From Candidatus Multivorans sp. (lineage in GTDB: Bacteria; Acidobacteriota; Thermoanaerobaculia; Multivoradales; Multivoraceae): 64,000 nt of DNA. Both the position numbers and the translations under genes were made by a program. Below the pieces are notes generated by a model. That model did not search any database, was not told where the DNA came from, and saw only the letters and a list, made by a program, of their open reading frames with translations. Each line of letters opens with the position of its first letter. Position 1 is the first letter of the stretch. Shown piece by piece: positions 27,543 through 37,814 of the stretch. The stretch spans positions 1,568,001-1,632,000 of the forward strand of contig OZ245033.1 of the NCBI GenBank assembly GCA_965224025.1, written 5' to 3'.

Positions 27543-27917
27543 TCAGCCCGGACCCATACGGAAGAAGCAGAGCTTGTTGCCGTCGAGGTCGCGAACGTAG
27601 GCGCCGTAGAAGGTCGGGAGCCTCTCTCCGGGCGGGCCCTCATCGCTGGCGCCGAGTTCCATCGCCTTGGCGTAGATCTGGTCGACCCTCTCCCTGGAAC
27701 CGGCGGGGATCGCCACCATGTTGCCGTTACCCGGCGCCTGCGGTTCCTTGTTGTAGGGGATGCAGATCGCGAGCATGGGTTGTCCCGGTTCGATGCCGTA
27801 GCCCTTGATCCTCTCCATGCTGAACATCGTCGTTGCGCCCAGCTCGCCGAGCAGCGAATCGTAGAACGCCGTCGCCCGGTTCATGTCGTTCACGCCGATC
27901 GTGCAATAACCCAACAT
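27543..27917 (-). CDS. VOC/glyoxalase-family protein
   Basis: GNGNMVA, DEGPPGER, FYGAYVRDLDGNK. Confidence 0.9.
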   Translation of the reverse strand: MLGYCTIGVNDMNRATAFYDSLLGELGATTMFSMERIKGYGIEPGQPMLAICIPYNKEPQAPGNGNMVAIPAGSRERVDQIYAKAMELGASDEGPPGERLPTFYGAYVRDLDGNKLCFFRMGPG

Positions 27918-28103
27918 CGATATCTCCTCTGGGGCGCCGCCACGACCAGCCGCGACGGGCGGGCAGGAAGATAGCAGCCCAACGCGCCGCCCGGGCGGGC
28001 CACGGACCAGTGCTTTCCGGGGTAGCGTTCCGGATGCCCGCGCTTTGAGGCCTGAAGGGGACGGCGAGGCCCGGTCATCGATCCGCGCCCGCCGGCTGGC
28101 GAC

Positions 28104-29162
28104 TCAGCTCTCTTCGTCCTCGTTGTCCTCGATCAGGTCGGCGCGGCGCAGATCGAGCTTCTCGCCGGTGAAGCTGTCCAGCTTGTAGACCCAGGAGCCG
28201 TGGTACTCGTTGAACTCCTGCATCTCCTCGGCCCGGTTCAGGATGTCCGCCTTCTCCTGGAGTTCCTCGTCCGGTGTATCCCGCTCGATCTCCACCCGCT
28301 GCACCGTGTGGTAGCCGCCGATACGGATGTAGCGATCGTCGTCCCTTGCCGCGACGGACACGATGTAGCCGGATCCATCCTCCAGCCCGTAGCGGAACTC
28401 GTCGGCGAACGAGAGATCCGCCACCTCTTCCGCATCGGCGAGGTACACCTCGGAGAACCGTAGCCGCGACAGGAAGTTCTTCAACCGGCCGACCTCGCTC
28501 GCCTTCTCCCGCTTGCCGCCCGGTACCCGCTCGAGCGCGAGTTCGGCGCCTTCCGCGTCCGCGGTGGCGAAGGTGAAGTCAGGGCCCTCGATGCGAGCCA
28601 CATCGCTCCCTGCAACGTCGACGATCTCCTTCTGCAGGAACTGGTCCGCGGTGCTGTCGATCAGCACGGTCGCCGCGGTCAGGAAGATCGGGTTTTCCTC
28701 GCCATCGAGGCGGCGTACGTAGTTGCCGCTGCCGCCCTCGAACCGGTTGCCTACCCGCAAGCGGACCATGTCGTTGCCGGCGTCGTTCCTGAGCGCGACC
28801 TCGACGGTGTCCTCGCCGGGCGGTTCGATGCCGAGTTCCGCTGCCAAACTCTCACTCGATCCGACTTCCTTCGCCAGTTCGATATCGAGCAGGTTGCGCA
28901 CCAGGCGGTTGACGCCCTCGTTCCGGGCCCGGTAGTCGTGGGACTCCTCAACCACGTACACGTCGCCCTGCCGGCTCAGGGTGACCCGCTCCTCGCCCTG
29001 GATCACTTCGAACTGTGCGATCTCGTCCGGGTTCAGGTTGGGCAGGAACTTCTGGCCGCGCTCGAATCGCTCGGCGCGCGAGACGCTGTTCCAGTAGCTG
29101 AAGATGGAAAGGGCCAGCAGCGCCAAGGCCGCCACCACCAGTCGACGGTTCAACTGACTCAT
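28104..29162 (-). CDS. DUF4340-domain protein
   Basis: N-terminal TM anchor; last gene of a Gld-like ABC operon. Confidence 0.75.
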   Translation of the reverse strand: MSQLNRRLVVAALALLALSIFSYWNSVSRAERFERGQKFLPNLNPDEIAQFEVIQGEERVTLSRQGDVYVVEESHDYRARNEGVNRLVRNLLDIELAKEVGSSESLAAELGIEPPGEDTVEVALRNDAGNDMVRLRVGNRFEGGSGNYVRRLDGEENPIFLTAATVLIDSTADQFLQKEIVDVAGSDVARIEGPDFTFATADAEGAELALERVPGGKREKASEVGRLKNFLSRLRFSEVYLADAEEVADLSFADEFRYGLEDGSGYIVSVAARDDDRYIRIGGYHTVQRVEIERDTPDEELQEKADILNRAEEMQEFNEYHGSWVYKLDSFTGEKLDLRRADLIEDNEDEES

Positions 29163-29174
29163 GCCGATAACTCC

Positions 29175-31343
29175 CTAGCGCCGGCGGGCGCGGTACAGAC
29201 CAATCAGCAGGACGACGATGGGCATCCACCCGATGACGGCGAAGCGCACCATGGACTCCTCACGCTCCAGCGCCTCGCGCCGGCCCTTGCGGATGTCCCG
29301 CAGTTCCCGGTTGGCGTCCAGGATCCGCTCGTTCAACTCGTCGACTTCTTCCTGCAGCTTCCTCTGGAACAGAGCCGCGTCGCGCTGCGTGATCTCACCC
29401 TGCTTCTCCCGGAGCTCCTCCTGGAAGCTGTCGATCTCCTCACGGATCTGCCGCTCCCGGTCGAGGGTATCCAGCTCGGCCTGGGCCTCGATCTCGTCGA
29501 AGCGGAGGAACGGCCGGGTGATGCCGTTCTTGGCCCGAACCGACATGAGGTCCTGGGAACCGAGCAGATAGTCGATGCCGTTGAGGACCACCTTGTGGTT
29601 GTCGTTCGCGGCCTGGACGATCCCGAACGGGTTCTGCAGGAAGGCGATCTGGTCATGGATGAAGTCCACGTCCGCGAACACGACGACCGCCGCCTCCGCC
29701 CGTTCCTCCTCCGGCAGCGGATCGCGGTGGATGATCCGCGCGTCGTCCGGCGGCGGGATCTCGATCTCCGGAGGCAGGTTGGGCGGCCGCTCCGCCTCCT
29801 TGTCCGGGTAGTCGACGCCGTCCGGGAAGGCGGTCGGCAGCTTGCCGCGCACGACGTACGCGAGTGCCAGCGCCTCTTCTCCCGGCGTGAACGTGTCGCG
29901 GAGCTTGGCGCCGTCGTTCAGGTCGGTGTAGGCCAGGCCGTCTCCGCCGCCGAAGCCGGGCAGGACCTCGAGGGTGTTGCCGGACGCCGTGGTCGAAATC
30001 AGGGGCCGCAGTTCGACGCCCACAGGCTGCCCGGCATCGTCCGGGCCACTTTCGCCGCCGTCACCCGGCTCGGCCTCGGCGTCTTCGGCGCCGTCCGCGC
30101 CGGCGCCCAACTCCCGCAGCACGCCGGAGAGGAAGAACCGGGTGTTCGACAGACCCCGCAGCATCGGACTCTCCGCGTCCAGCAGGTCCTCATGCACCGT
30201 GGAGTCGACGTTGAGATCGATGATCACCGACTCCGAGGCGCCGAACTGGCTCATCGGCCGCCGCGCCGCCAGCTCGAAGTCGGCCGCGAACTGGTTGGCC
30301 GGCAGTTCCAGGCCCCAGGCATCGAGCAGCGGCGCCAGGTTGGAGGCCGGCTGGTACTGGAGCGCCATCCAGGGCTGCTGGGGGTTCTGCGGCGGCGTAT
30401 CGCCGAGAGCGTAGGGATCCAGGAAGATCAGCGCATTGCCGCCCGCGGCCACCCACTGGTCGACCGCGAACACCGTCTTGTCGGGCAGCGCCTTCGGATG
30501 AATCACGACCAGAAGGTCGTAGTCGTCACGCAGAATCTCATCCGCGTCGGCCGGAACCTGAGACACGTCGTACAGCTCTTCCAGCACCTGGACCAGGATC
30601 CACTTCCGCGCCGGTGTCCGGCCCTGGGCGGCCAGCATCTGCGCCATCATCGGATCCTGGGCGCCGCCGAAGACCTCCAGGCTCGAGAGAACTCCCACCC
30701 GCTGCCGCGCCGGCCACAGCAGGCCGTGGACCTTCTTCGAGATCTCGTACTCGATGTTCTCCTGCTCCTGCGGCCACAGGAACTCGATCGTCTCCTTGCT
30801 GCCGGTCTGGGTCTCGAGCGCCAGACCGAAGTAGAAGAGATCGCCGTTCTGGTTGATCAGCTTGCCGTCCAGACCGTCCTCGGCGGCACGGTCCGCGTCA
30901 TCGCTGTCGGGAAGCGGATCGATCGTCTCGACGCGGATCTTCCCTGCCGCGGCGCGCTCGTACTCGCCCAGAAGGCTGCGCAGAAAGCGCTCGTAGCCGA
31001 TGAAGTCCTTGACGAACTTTGGCAGCGTCTTGCCCGCCGTCTCGGAAAAGTAGAGGCGGATGTCCAGCGGCTTGACGCCCTCCTCCTGCATGCGATCGAG
31101 GATGGCGTGGGTGCCGTCGGTCAGCGAGTAGAGATCGCCTCCCGTGAGGTCGACGCGCCAGCTCTCCAGCCACTCGTTGGCGACGTGGATCGAAAACACG
31201 GTCAACAGACCGACAAGGACCAGCGTCACCGTCCGGCCCCGCGCCACGGTCATCCCGCGCAGGCCGCGGCCGCCGTCCGGACCGTCTTCCGAGGACGCCG
31301 CTTCCGGCGTCCCGCTCTTGACATCGTTCGGTTCGGAAGTCAT
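29175..31343 (-). CDS. GldG-like ABC transporter auxiliary component
   Basis: DLT..LYSLTDGT, LYFGL, EYEISK, VIHPK, ADVD, coiled coil and C-terminal TM. Confidence 0.85.
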   Translation of the reverse strand: MTSEPNDVKSGTPEAASSEDGPDGGRGLRGMTVARGRTVTLVLVGLLTVFSIHVANEWLESWRVDLTGGDLYSLTDGTHAILDRMQEEGVKPLDIRLYFSETAGKTLPKFVKDFIGYERFLRSLLGEYERAAAGKIRVETIDPLPDSDDADRAAEDGLDGKLINQNGDLFYFGLALETQTGSKETIEFLWPQEQENIEYEISKKVHGLLWPARQRVGVLSSLEVFGGAQDPMMAQMLAAQGRTPARKWILVQVLEELYDVSQVPADADEILRDDYDLLVVIHPKALPDKTVFAVDQWVAAGGNALIFLDPYALGDTPPQNPQQPWMALQYQPASNLAPLLDAWGLELPANQFAADFELAARRPMSQFGASESVIIDLNVDSTVHEDLLDAESPMLRGLSNTRFFLSGVLRELGAGADGAEDAEAEPGDGGESGPDDAGQPVGVELRPLISTTASGNTLEVLPGFGGGDGLAYTDLNDGAKLRDTFTPGEEALALAYVVRGKLPTAFPDGVDYPDKEAERPPNLPPEIEIPPPDDARIIHRDPLPEEERAEAAVVVFADVDFIHDQIAFLQNPFGIVQAANDNHKVVLNGIDYLLGSQDLMSVRAKNGITRPFLRFDEIEAQAELDTLDRERQIREEIDSFQEELREKQGEITQRDAALFQRKLQEEVDELNERILDANRELRDIRKGRREALEREESMVRFAVIGWMPIVVLLIGLYRARRR

Positions 31344-31360
31344 CTGCCAAATCCCTCAGT

Positions 31361-31417
31361 TAGTCCTCGCACCCTCAAGTAGTCCTCGCACCCTCAAGAA
31401 ACCCTCGCGCCTTCAAT
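31361..31417. repeat. 19-bp tandem repeat (2 perfect + 1 degenerate copy)
   Basis: TAGTCCTCGCACCCTCAAG at 31361 and 31380; degenerate copy at 31399. Confidence 0.8.
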
Positions 31418-32225
31418 TCGACTTGGTCCGGCTGAGCACCAACATGCCGCAGATCAGCCAGCCGACGGTGAACAACACGAAGAACAACAACGAGTTCAAC
31501 TGCAGGAGGCCCCGGGTCAGGGTCTCGAAGTGGTCGAGCAGGCTGAGCGAAGAGACCACCCGCTCGACGTAGCCGCCGAACCACTTGCCCACGAACTCCT
31601 GGGTCTGCGGCACGCCGATCAGCAGGAAACCTACCGAAGCGGCAACCGCGAGGATGAACGCGACGACCTGGTTCTTTGACAGCGCCGAAAACAGGAGGCC
31701 GATCGCCAGCAGCACCGCCGCCGCCAGCAGGGAGGCGACGTAGCTCAGGAATACCGCGCCCCAGTCCGGATCGCCCAGCCGGGCGACCTGGAACACCGCC
31801 GGCCAGGTCAGGAACACGGACACCGCCAGGAAAGCCCAGCCGGCCAGGAACTTGCCGAGGTACGACCCCTCGAGCGTGATCGGCAGGGTCAGCAGCAGCT
31901 CGACGGTCCCGGACCGGCGTTCCTCCGCCCACAGCCGCATCGCCACCGCCGGCACCAGGACGACGAAGATCCAGGGCACGTAGCTGAACAGCGCATCGAG
32001 GTTCGCCTCGCGCATCTCCAGGAAGCGGCCGAAGTCGCGCGACACCATCAGGTAGCCGCCCGCGATCAGGAAGATGACGATGAAGATGTAGCCCAGCGGC
32101 GACGCGAAGTAGCCGCGGAACTCCCGCCGCAGCACCGCTCTCATGCCGACAAAACGCAGCGCCAGGGCGCCGCCCGGACTGCCTGCGGCAACCGAGGCCC
32201 GCGGGGCGTTCTGCTCGGCGCTCAT
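31413..32225 (-). CDS. ABC-2 permease (GldF-like)
   Basis: REFRGYFASPLGY, MRLWAEERRSGTVELLLTLP, NQVVAF. Confidence 0.9.
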   Translation of the reverse strand: MSAEQNAPRASVAAGSPGGALALRFVGMRAVLRREFRGYFASPLGYIFIVIFLIAGGYLMVSRDFGRFLEMREANLDALFSYVPWIFVVLVPAVAMRLWAEERRSGTVELLLTLPITLEGSYLGKFLAGWAFLAVSVFLTWPAVFQVARLGDPDWGAVFLSYVASLLAAAVLLAIGLLFSALSKNQVVAFILAVAASVGFLLIGVPQTQEFVGKWFGGYVERVVSSLSLLDHFETLTRGLLQLNSLLFFVLFTVGWLICGMLVLSRTKSN

Positions 32226-33184
32226 GCCGCCACCCCCCTCGTCACCTCGCGGAACAACTCGTCGAGCCGGCCCTCCCGCACCCGAACGCCGGCGATCCGG
32301 CGCTCACCGACCGTCGCCAGCACATCGTTCAGGCGATTCTCGCCGTGCCGCGGCTCGACTTCGACCTCGCCGTTCGGCAGCACACGGGCCGCGGCGCACC
32401 ACGCGGCGGCGGACAGCTCCGCCGCCACCTCGCCGGCGTCGCCGTCCGTGACCCGGAAGCGGACCGCGTTGTGGCCCGGGGCCCGGGTCACCAGGTCGTC
32501 AGGCGTCGAGTCGACGAGGATGCGCCCCTCCGAGAGGATGACGGCGCGGTTGCACACCCGCTCCGCCTCGTCGAGGATGTGGGTAGACAACACGATGCAG
32601 CGGTTGGAGGACAGGCTCAGGATCAGGTCCTGGACCACCGCCTTCTGGTTCGGGTCCAGTCCGTCGGTCGGCTCGTCGAGGATCAGAACATCCGGATCGT
32701 GGATCAGAGCCTGCGCCAGACCGACGCGGTGCTTGAAGCCCTTGGACAGGGTCTCGATCGTCTGGCCGCGCACCCGGCGCAGGTGCGTCGCCTCGATCAC
32801 CGAGTCGATCGCGGCCTCCGGCGCCTCGAGCTCGCGCGCCTCGGCAATGAAGCCGAGGAATGCCTCGACCGTCATCTCGCCGTAGGCGGGTGCGTTCTCC
32901 GGCAGGTAGCCGATCCGCCGGCTCACGGTCAGTCGATCCCGGCCGACATCCAGGCCGGCGACCGAAACAGTGCCGGCGTCCGGCTCCAGGAAGCCGGTGA
33001 TCATCTTCATCGCCGTCGTCTTGCCGGCGCCGTTCGGCCCGAGAAAGCCGAGCACGTCGCCGCGGCGCACTTCGAAGCTGATCCCGTCGACGGCCCGGAT
33101 CGGGCCGTAGTGCTTGGTCAGGTTGTGGACCGCGATCAGAACTTCGCCGGCCCTGCCGGAGTCGGGGTGGTCGGTTTCGGTCAC
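32222..33184 (-). CDS. ABC transporter ATP-binding protein (GldA-like)
   Basis: GPNGAGKT, LSKG, ILDEPT, STH; start at GTG 33184 inferred from GGAG RBS. Confidence 0.92.
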   Translation of the reverse strand: MTETDHPDSGRAGEVLIAVHNLTKHYGPIRAVDGISFEVRRGDVLGFLGPNGAGKTTAMKMITGFLEPDAGTVSVAGLDVGRDRLTVSRRIGYLPENAPAYGEMTVEAFLGFIAEARELEAPEAAIDSVIEATHLRRVRGQTIETLSKGFKHRVGLAQALIHDPDVLILDEPTDGLDPNQKAVVQDLILSLSSNRCIVLSTHILDEAERVCNRAVILSEGRILVDSTPDDLVTRAPGHNAVRFRVTDGDAGEVAAELSAAAWCAAARVLPNGEVEVEPRHGENRLNDVLATVGERRIAGVRVREGRLDELFREVTRGVAA

Positions 33185-33314
33185 TCTCGACTTTCTCCGT
33201 GAACAGTTGAGGTTTGCGCGCGCCAAGCCAGCTTGGCCCAAAGGATCTCAGCACGCGGCGCCAGCAAACGCAAGACTCCTGCCAAGCCAGGGCGCCCGAC
33301 CGCTTCGCTGATCG

Positions 33315-35957
33315 CTACCAGGTTTCTGGCGCGGAGGTCGAGTCGATCAGGCCGCTCAGGAAGATCGCGTTCAGAAACAGGCGGTTCGAGCCGTAGAAGT
33401 AGGCGCGGAAGTTTGGATCGTCCAGGAGCTGGATCACCACGCCGCGGCCCATCCGGCTGGCGATGACGGCCGGCTTGCCGGCGAGCCGGCTCTGGTTCTC
33501 CGGCGAAATCCAGCCGGAGAGCCGCGGCGGATCCCGGTACAGGCCAACGTTCTCGAACGGGTCGGAACTGGGCGGCAGGACCATCTCGCCGGTGCGGATT
33601 GTGGCGAGGTCCGGCCGCCTGTAGCCGTAGGCCAACGGATGGGTCAGATCGAGTTCGACGCCGACGATCGTGCCGGCAATGAGCTGCTCGGCCCGCTGGT
33701 CCCGGTAGTCGGCGTAGCGCCGGCGCTCCGACGCCTCGGAAGCGTCCACGTCCGCTGCGTCGGCCGCCTCGTCCTCGGCAATCCCTTCCCGGCCCAGGAG
33801 TTCGCCGCTCGCCCAACGGCTCGCCGGACCGATGGCCACCACCGCGCCGCCGCCCCGTACCCAGGCCTGGAGGCGATCCCGGACTTCCGCGGGCGGCGAG
33901 GCGCCGCCGAAGCGGCCGCCGCCGAAAGCCAGCACAACGTGGGTGTACCGGTCCAAGTCCACGCCGCCCAGCGCGCCAAGATCGACCAGCGACGCCTCGA
34001 CGCCGAAGCGCTCGTCGAGCAGGTGCCAGGCCTCGCCCACCCGGTACGACGAGGCGCCGGAACCGGTCACGAGCAGCGGCCGCGGGGCGACCAGCGAGCG
34101 CAGGCTCGGGCTGCCCAGGTCGATTCCGGCCGCGGCCCGACCGCTGATCAACCGGTGAACGTCGACGCCGTCGGCGGCCGCCGCTTCGGCGAGCAGTTCC
34201 TCCAGGTCAACCCCGGCGTTGCCGCCCGGCTCCCCGGCCCGGCCGACCGGCACGACGATCGCTCCCGGTTTGAAAGATTGCGGACCGCCGGCCGTCTCCG
34301 CCCTGAAGGGCCTGACGGCGGCGCGGGTCCGGGCGCCGGCCCGCTGCAGCCGGTTCAGAGCGCGCGGCGCGAAGTAGCCGTCCCACGAGAAGGCGTAGGC
34401 GTACACCACTTCGTTGGCTCCCGCCTCGCCAAACCGGCCCGGTTCAATCGATGCATCCGTCACGGGCGCTCCGAGCATGTCCCGCCGGTAGCCGCCGCCG
34501 TCGAGCAGGTCGTACTCGGCGCCGAAAGCGAGCGGCAACGTCCAGGCCGAAACGTCGTAGAAGACCGTGTCATTGAACTCGGTCACTTTCTCGAAGAAAG
34601 ACCGGACGAGCGTCGTCTGCGCCTGCTCGAGCGGCACCAGCCAGGACCGGCTGGAGAAATAGGCGCGACCGTCGATCGCGATGTCCTCCATCGTCCCGTA
34701 GACCTCGATCTCGTGACGCAACAGAAGGTCCAGCATGCGATGGGCCCGGCCACGGTCGCCGTCGACATGGAACACGTAGGCGGCTGGACCGGACTCCGCC
34801 GCCGCGGCCAGAGCGCCCCGGAAGAAGTCGCGCTGGTGCTCCAGCAACTCGATACGCTTCGCCACGCCGCCCTCGACCATCGACAGGGAGGCCAGCAGAT
34901 GGTTCTTGATCCCGAAACCGAAGGCGAGTTCTCCGTTCGCCGTCTCGATCCGGTGGCCCTCGGCGCTCGCCTGCTCGAACAGGAAGCCGACCCCGCCGTG
35001 AGCGTCAGGGTAGGTCGAACCCTTGCCCAGGTAGAAGTCGTCGAAACCCTCGCGGCTGTAGTACAGCCGTCCCAGCCCATCGAACACGGAGGCGTGGTGC
35101 GCGGCGATCGCCTCGGTCAGCTCCACGTTGCGTTCGGGAATGAGGGGGTTGCGACGACTCGGGACGCCCGGCTGGAAGAAGAACGTGCTGTTGGAGCCCA
35201 TCTCGTGGAAGTCGCCCACCAGGTTCGGCTGCCAAGCCTTCCAGGTCGCCATCCGGGCCTGCGATTCGGGGTGCTGCAGCAGCAGCCAGTCCCGATTCAG
35301 GTCGAACCAATAGTGGTTCGTGCGTCCGCCCGGCCACGGCTCGCGGTGCTCCCGGTGCCCCGGGTCGGCATTCAGCACCTTGCCCCGATTGGTGTTCGCC
35401 CAGTGCGCGAAGCGGCCCAGTCCGTCGGGGTTCAGGCTCGGGTCGAGCAGAATGACCGCTTGGTCCAACTGATCCACGACCGCCTGGGATCGGGACGCCG
35501 CAAGGTGGTAGGCGACGAGCATCGAGGCGTTCGAGCCACTCGGCTCGTTGCCGTGGATGCTGTAGCCGAGCCAGATGACGACCGGCAGGCCGTCGAGCTC
35601 CGGCGCCGGCAAGCGGGGATCGACCAGGCCGCGCCGGATCTCGCGGATCTCATCGAGCCGCGCGTGGTTGCGCGGCGACGTGATGGCCAGCAGAAGCTGG
35701 GGACGCTGTTCGTGGGTGTGCCCCTGCACCGACACCGACACCCGCGCCGAGGACGCCGCCAACGCCCGCATGTAGGCGTCTAACTGGTCGGGCCGGACGT
35801 GCCAGTCGCCGACCTCGTAGCCGAGCACCGCGGACGGTCGTGGTACGTCCGGCTCGTAGGCTGACGGGTCGGCGGCGTCCGGCATGTAGTACGACAGCTC
35901 CTCGGCCGCCACGGGGCCGCAGAGCAGCAGGAGAACAAAGGGCAATCTGGCGAGCAT
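33315..35957 (-). CDS. M14-family zinc carboxypeptidase
   Basis: HGNE, NPDG, DLNRDW, DFHEM; TACACT -10 lies 7 nt before the ATG. Confidence 0.9.
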   Translation of the reverse strand: MLARLPFVLLLLCGPVAAEELSYYMPDAADPSAYEPDVPRPSAVLGYEVGDWHVRPDQLDAYMRALAASSARVSVSVQGHTHEQRPQLLLAITSPRNHARLDEIREIRRGLVDPRLPAPELDGLPVVIWLGYSIHGNEPSGSNASMLVAYHLAASRSQAVVDQLDQAVILLDPSLNPDGLGRFAHWANTNRGKVLNADPGHREHREPWPGGRTNHYWFDLNRDWLLLQHPESQARMATWKAWQPNLVGDFHEMGSNSTFFFQPGVPSRRNPLIPERNVELTEAIAAHHASVFDGLGRLYYSREGFDDFYLGKGSTYPDAHGGVGFLFEQASAEGHRIETANGELAFGFGIKNHLLASLSMVEGGVAKRIELLEHQRDFFRGALAAAAESGPAAYVFHVDGDRGRAHRMLDLLLRHEIEVYGTMEDIAIDGRAYFSSRSWLVPLEQAQTTLVRSFFEKVTEFNDTVFYDVSAWTLPLAFGAEYDLLDGGGYRRDMLGAPVTDASIEPGRFGEAGANEVVYAYAFSWDGYFAPRALNRLQRAGARTRAAVRPFRAETAGGPQSFKPGAIVVPVGRAGEPGGNAGVDLEELLAEAAAADGVDVHRLISGRAAAGIDLGSPSLRSLVAPRPLLVTGSGASSYRVGEAWHLLDERFGVEASLVDLGALGGVDLDRYTHVVLAFGGGRFGGASPPAEVRDRLQAWVRGGGAVVAIGPASRWASGELLGREGIAEDEAADAADVDASEASERRRYADYRDQRAEQLIAGTIVGVELDLTHPLAYGYRRPDLATIRTGEMVLPPSSDPFENVGLYRDPPRLSGWISPENQSRLAGKPAVIASRMGRGVVIQLLDDPNFRAYFYGSNRLFLNAIFLSGLIDSTSAPETW

Positions 35958-35984
35958 GGCCGGGAGTGTAGCCGCGAGCTCCGG

Positions 35985-37463
35985 CTACGAACCTCCGACC
36001 GTGGCGTGGACGTCCTCGAACTCCTCCGCTGCTCCTTCGGGAGGCTTCGTCCACAAACTGACGATCACCGTCGCGGCGACGCCGGCAATGAGACCCGGCA
36101 GCAACTCGTACAGGTCGTAGAAGGACACCTTGAACAACAGCACCCAGGCGACTGTCACCGTGAATCCCGTGAACATCCCGACGACGGCGCCCGGCAACGT
36201 CGTCCGCTTCCAGAACAGAGAGCAGAGGACGACCGGCACGAAGGCGCCCCCCAGGCCCGACCAGGCGAAGAGGATGAACCAGAACAGCACGCGAGGTTCC
36301 TTCAACGCGAACGGAACAGCCAAGGCACCGATCGCGACCGTAGCGACACGACCGTAGAGCGACAGACGAGTATCTCCACCGGTCGCTCCGAACACCTTCT
36401 GCGCGAGATCGCGCACCACGGACGACGAGGCGAGGATCAGCAGTGAATCGACGGTCGACATGATCGCGCCGAGCACGATGACCAGGAAGATGCCGGTGAA
36501 CACCGCCGGAAACAGCTCGGCGCTCATCATCGGCATGACGGTTTCCTGGTCGTCGAGCAAGGGGAACAGCGCCCGGCCGGCGATCCCGGTGAACACCGCG
36601 CCGACATCGAACAGCACCATGCAGACCACGGCGATTGGGCCACCACGCCTGATCTCGCCGCCCGAGGCGGCGGACATGAAGCGGGTCAGGAGCTGGGGCG
36701 CACCCAGGAACGCGAGACCGATGCCGGCGAAACTCGCAGCCGAGAGTACGCCCGGCCAGGTCGCTCCATGGCTGCCCATCGCACGCAGGAGGCTCGGATC
36801 CGCCGCCTCGAGCGTGCCGACCACTTCGCTCCAGCCACCGGCGGCCACGAAGCCCACGATCGGCAGCAGGATGAGCCCGCCGACCATCAACAACCCCTGC
36901 ACCAGGTCCGAGTAGGCGACCGCCTTGAAGCCGCCGACGGCGGTGTAGAACACCGTCACCACCACCCCCAGCCACACGCCGGAACCGTAGCTGAAGCCCA
37001 GGAACGACGAGAACGCCTTGCCCGTCGCGACCAGTTGGGCGCAGCAGTAGACCGTGACCATGGACAGGGTGATCGCGATCGAAAGCACCCTCAGGAGGTG
37101 ATAGCGGTCCCGGAACCGCTGCTCCAGGTAGTCGGGAACCGTGATCGCCCGGTAGCGGTCCGTGTATTCCTTGAATGGGCGCGCGACGAAGATCCACGCG
37201 ATCGCCACGCCCATCACTTCGCCGAAGACGACCCATAGCGCGTGGAAGCCGACCGCATACCCCATTCCCGTCAGGCCCAGCAGCAGCCAACCGCTCTCGC
37301 CGGTGGCGTTCGAACTGAACGCGATCACCCAGGACGGGAGCCTCCTGCCGGCGATGTAGTAGCCCTCGAGGCTCGCTCCCTCGCGCCGGCTCCACAAGCC
37401 GAGACCCAGCAGCACGAGCATGTACAGCCCCAGCGGGACCAGGACCAGGGCGCTCGCGGTCAT
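35985..37463 (-). CDS. putP: Sodium/proline (SSS-family) symporter
   Basis: SGWLLLGLTG, YTAVGGFKAVAYSD, GAPQLLTRFM, AIMSTVDS. Confidence 0.85.
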   Translation of the reverse strand: MTASALVLVPLGLYMLVLLGLGLWSRREGASLEGYYIAGRRLPSWVIAFSSNATGESGWLLLGLTGMGYAVGFHALWVVFGEVMGVAIAWIFVARPFKEYTDRYRAITVPDYLEQRFRDRYHLLRVLSIAITLSMVTVYCCAQLVATGKAFSSFLGFSYGSGVWLGVVVTVFYTAVGGFKAVAYSDLVQGLLMVGGLILLPIVGFVAAGGWSEVVGTLEAADPSLLRAMGSHGATWPGVLSAASFAGIGLAFLGAPQLLTRFMSAASGGEIRRGGPIAVVCMVLFDVGAVFTGIAGRALFPLLDDQETVMPMMSAELFPAVFTGIFLVIVLGAIMSTVDSLLILASSSVVRDLAQKVFGATGGDTRLSLYGRVATVAIGALAVPFALKEPRVLFWFILFAWSGLGGAFVPVVLCSLFWKRTTLPGAVVGMFTGFTVTVAWVLLFKVSFYDLYELLPGLIAGVAATVIVSLWTKPPEGAAEEFEDVHATVGGS

Positions 37464-37603
37464 GCGCCGTTGCCCCGGGCAGGCACTTCGCGGCCGCGAC
37501 GTCTGCCTCTCTCAGACCAGCGCCGCAGCAGCACCAAAGCGGGCCCGGCGCCGACCGAGACCGCCAACAGGATCCAGGTCGAGATCGGCAGGCCGTTCCA
37601 CAT
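37460..37603 (-). CDS. Small single-TM protein coupled to the symporter
   Basis: 47 aa, ATGA overlap with putP, TGTTACCCT extended -10 8 nt upstream. Confidence 0.65.
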   Translation of the reverse strand: MWNGLPISTWILLAVSVGAGPALVLLRRWSERGRRRGREVPARGNGA

Positions 37604-37708
37604 GGGCCGGCAGGGTAACAGCCGGCGAGCCGCGCAGCGACCGCTCCTCCGGCGCCGCGGGACGGTCACCGCTTCGCGGCGCGCCCCCTTCAGAGCCGGC
37701 GAGAACCC

Positions 37709-37789
37709 GGGGGGTGCGATCCGCGCCACACGTGAACCAGCCCGTGCGCCCGTCATCGGGCGCATGAACGGCACGCCGGCGCACCCAGT
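37709..37789 (-). repeat. ~80-nt structured element, copy 2
   Basis: 71/81 identical to 11285-11365. Confidence 0.7.
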
Positions 37790-37814
37790 CCGCGGCCAGT
37801 TCCTGCCCTGACTC

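Noticed and set aside
28104-33184. Gliding-motility system
   Set aside because: GldA/F/G-like ABC modules are widespread outside gliding bacteria; no other gld/spr genes in the window.
37709-37789. Riboswitch controlling putP
   Set aside because: A separate extended -10 lies just before the small ORF at 37603, and the other copy precedes an integrase; no known aptamer motif recognised.
11285-37789. attL/attR pair bounding a 26-kb island
   Set aside because: The copies differ at 10/81 positions spread throughout, and the enclosed genes look core-like.
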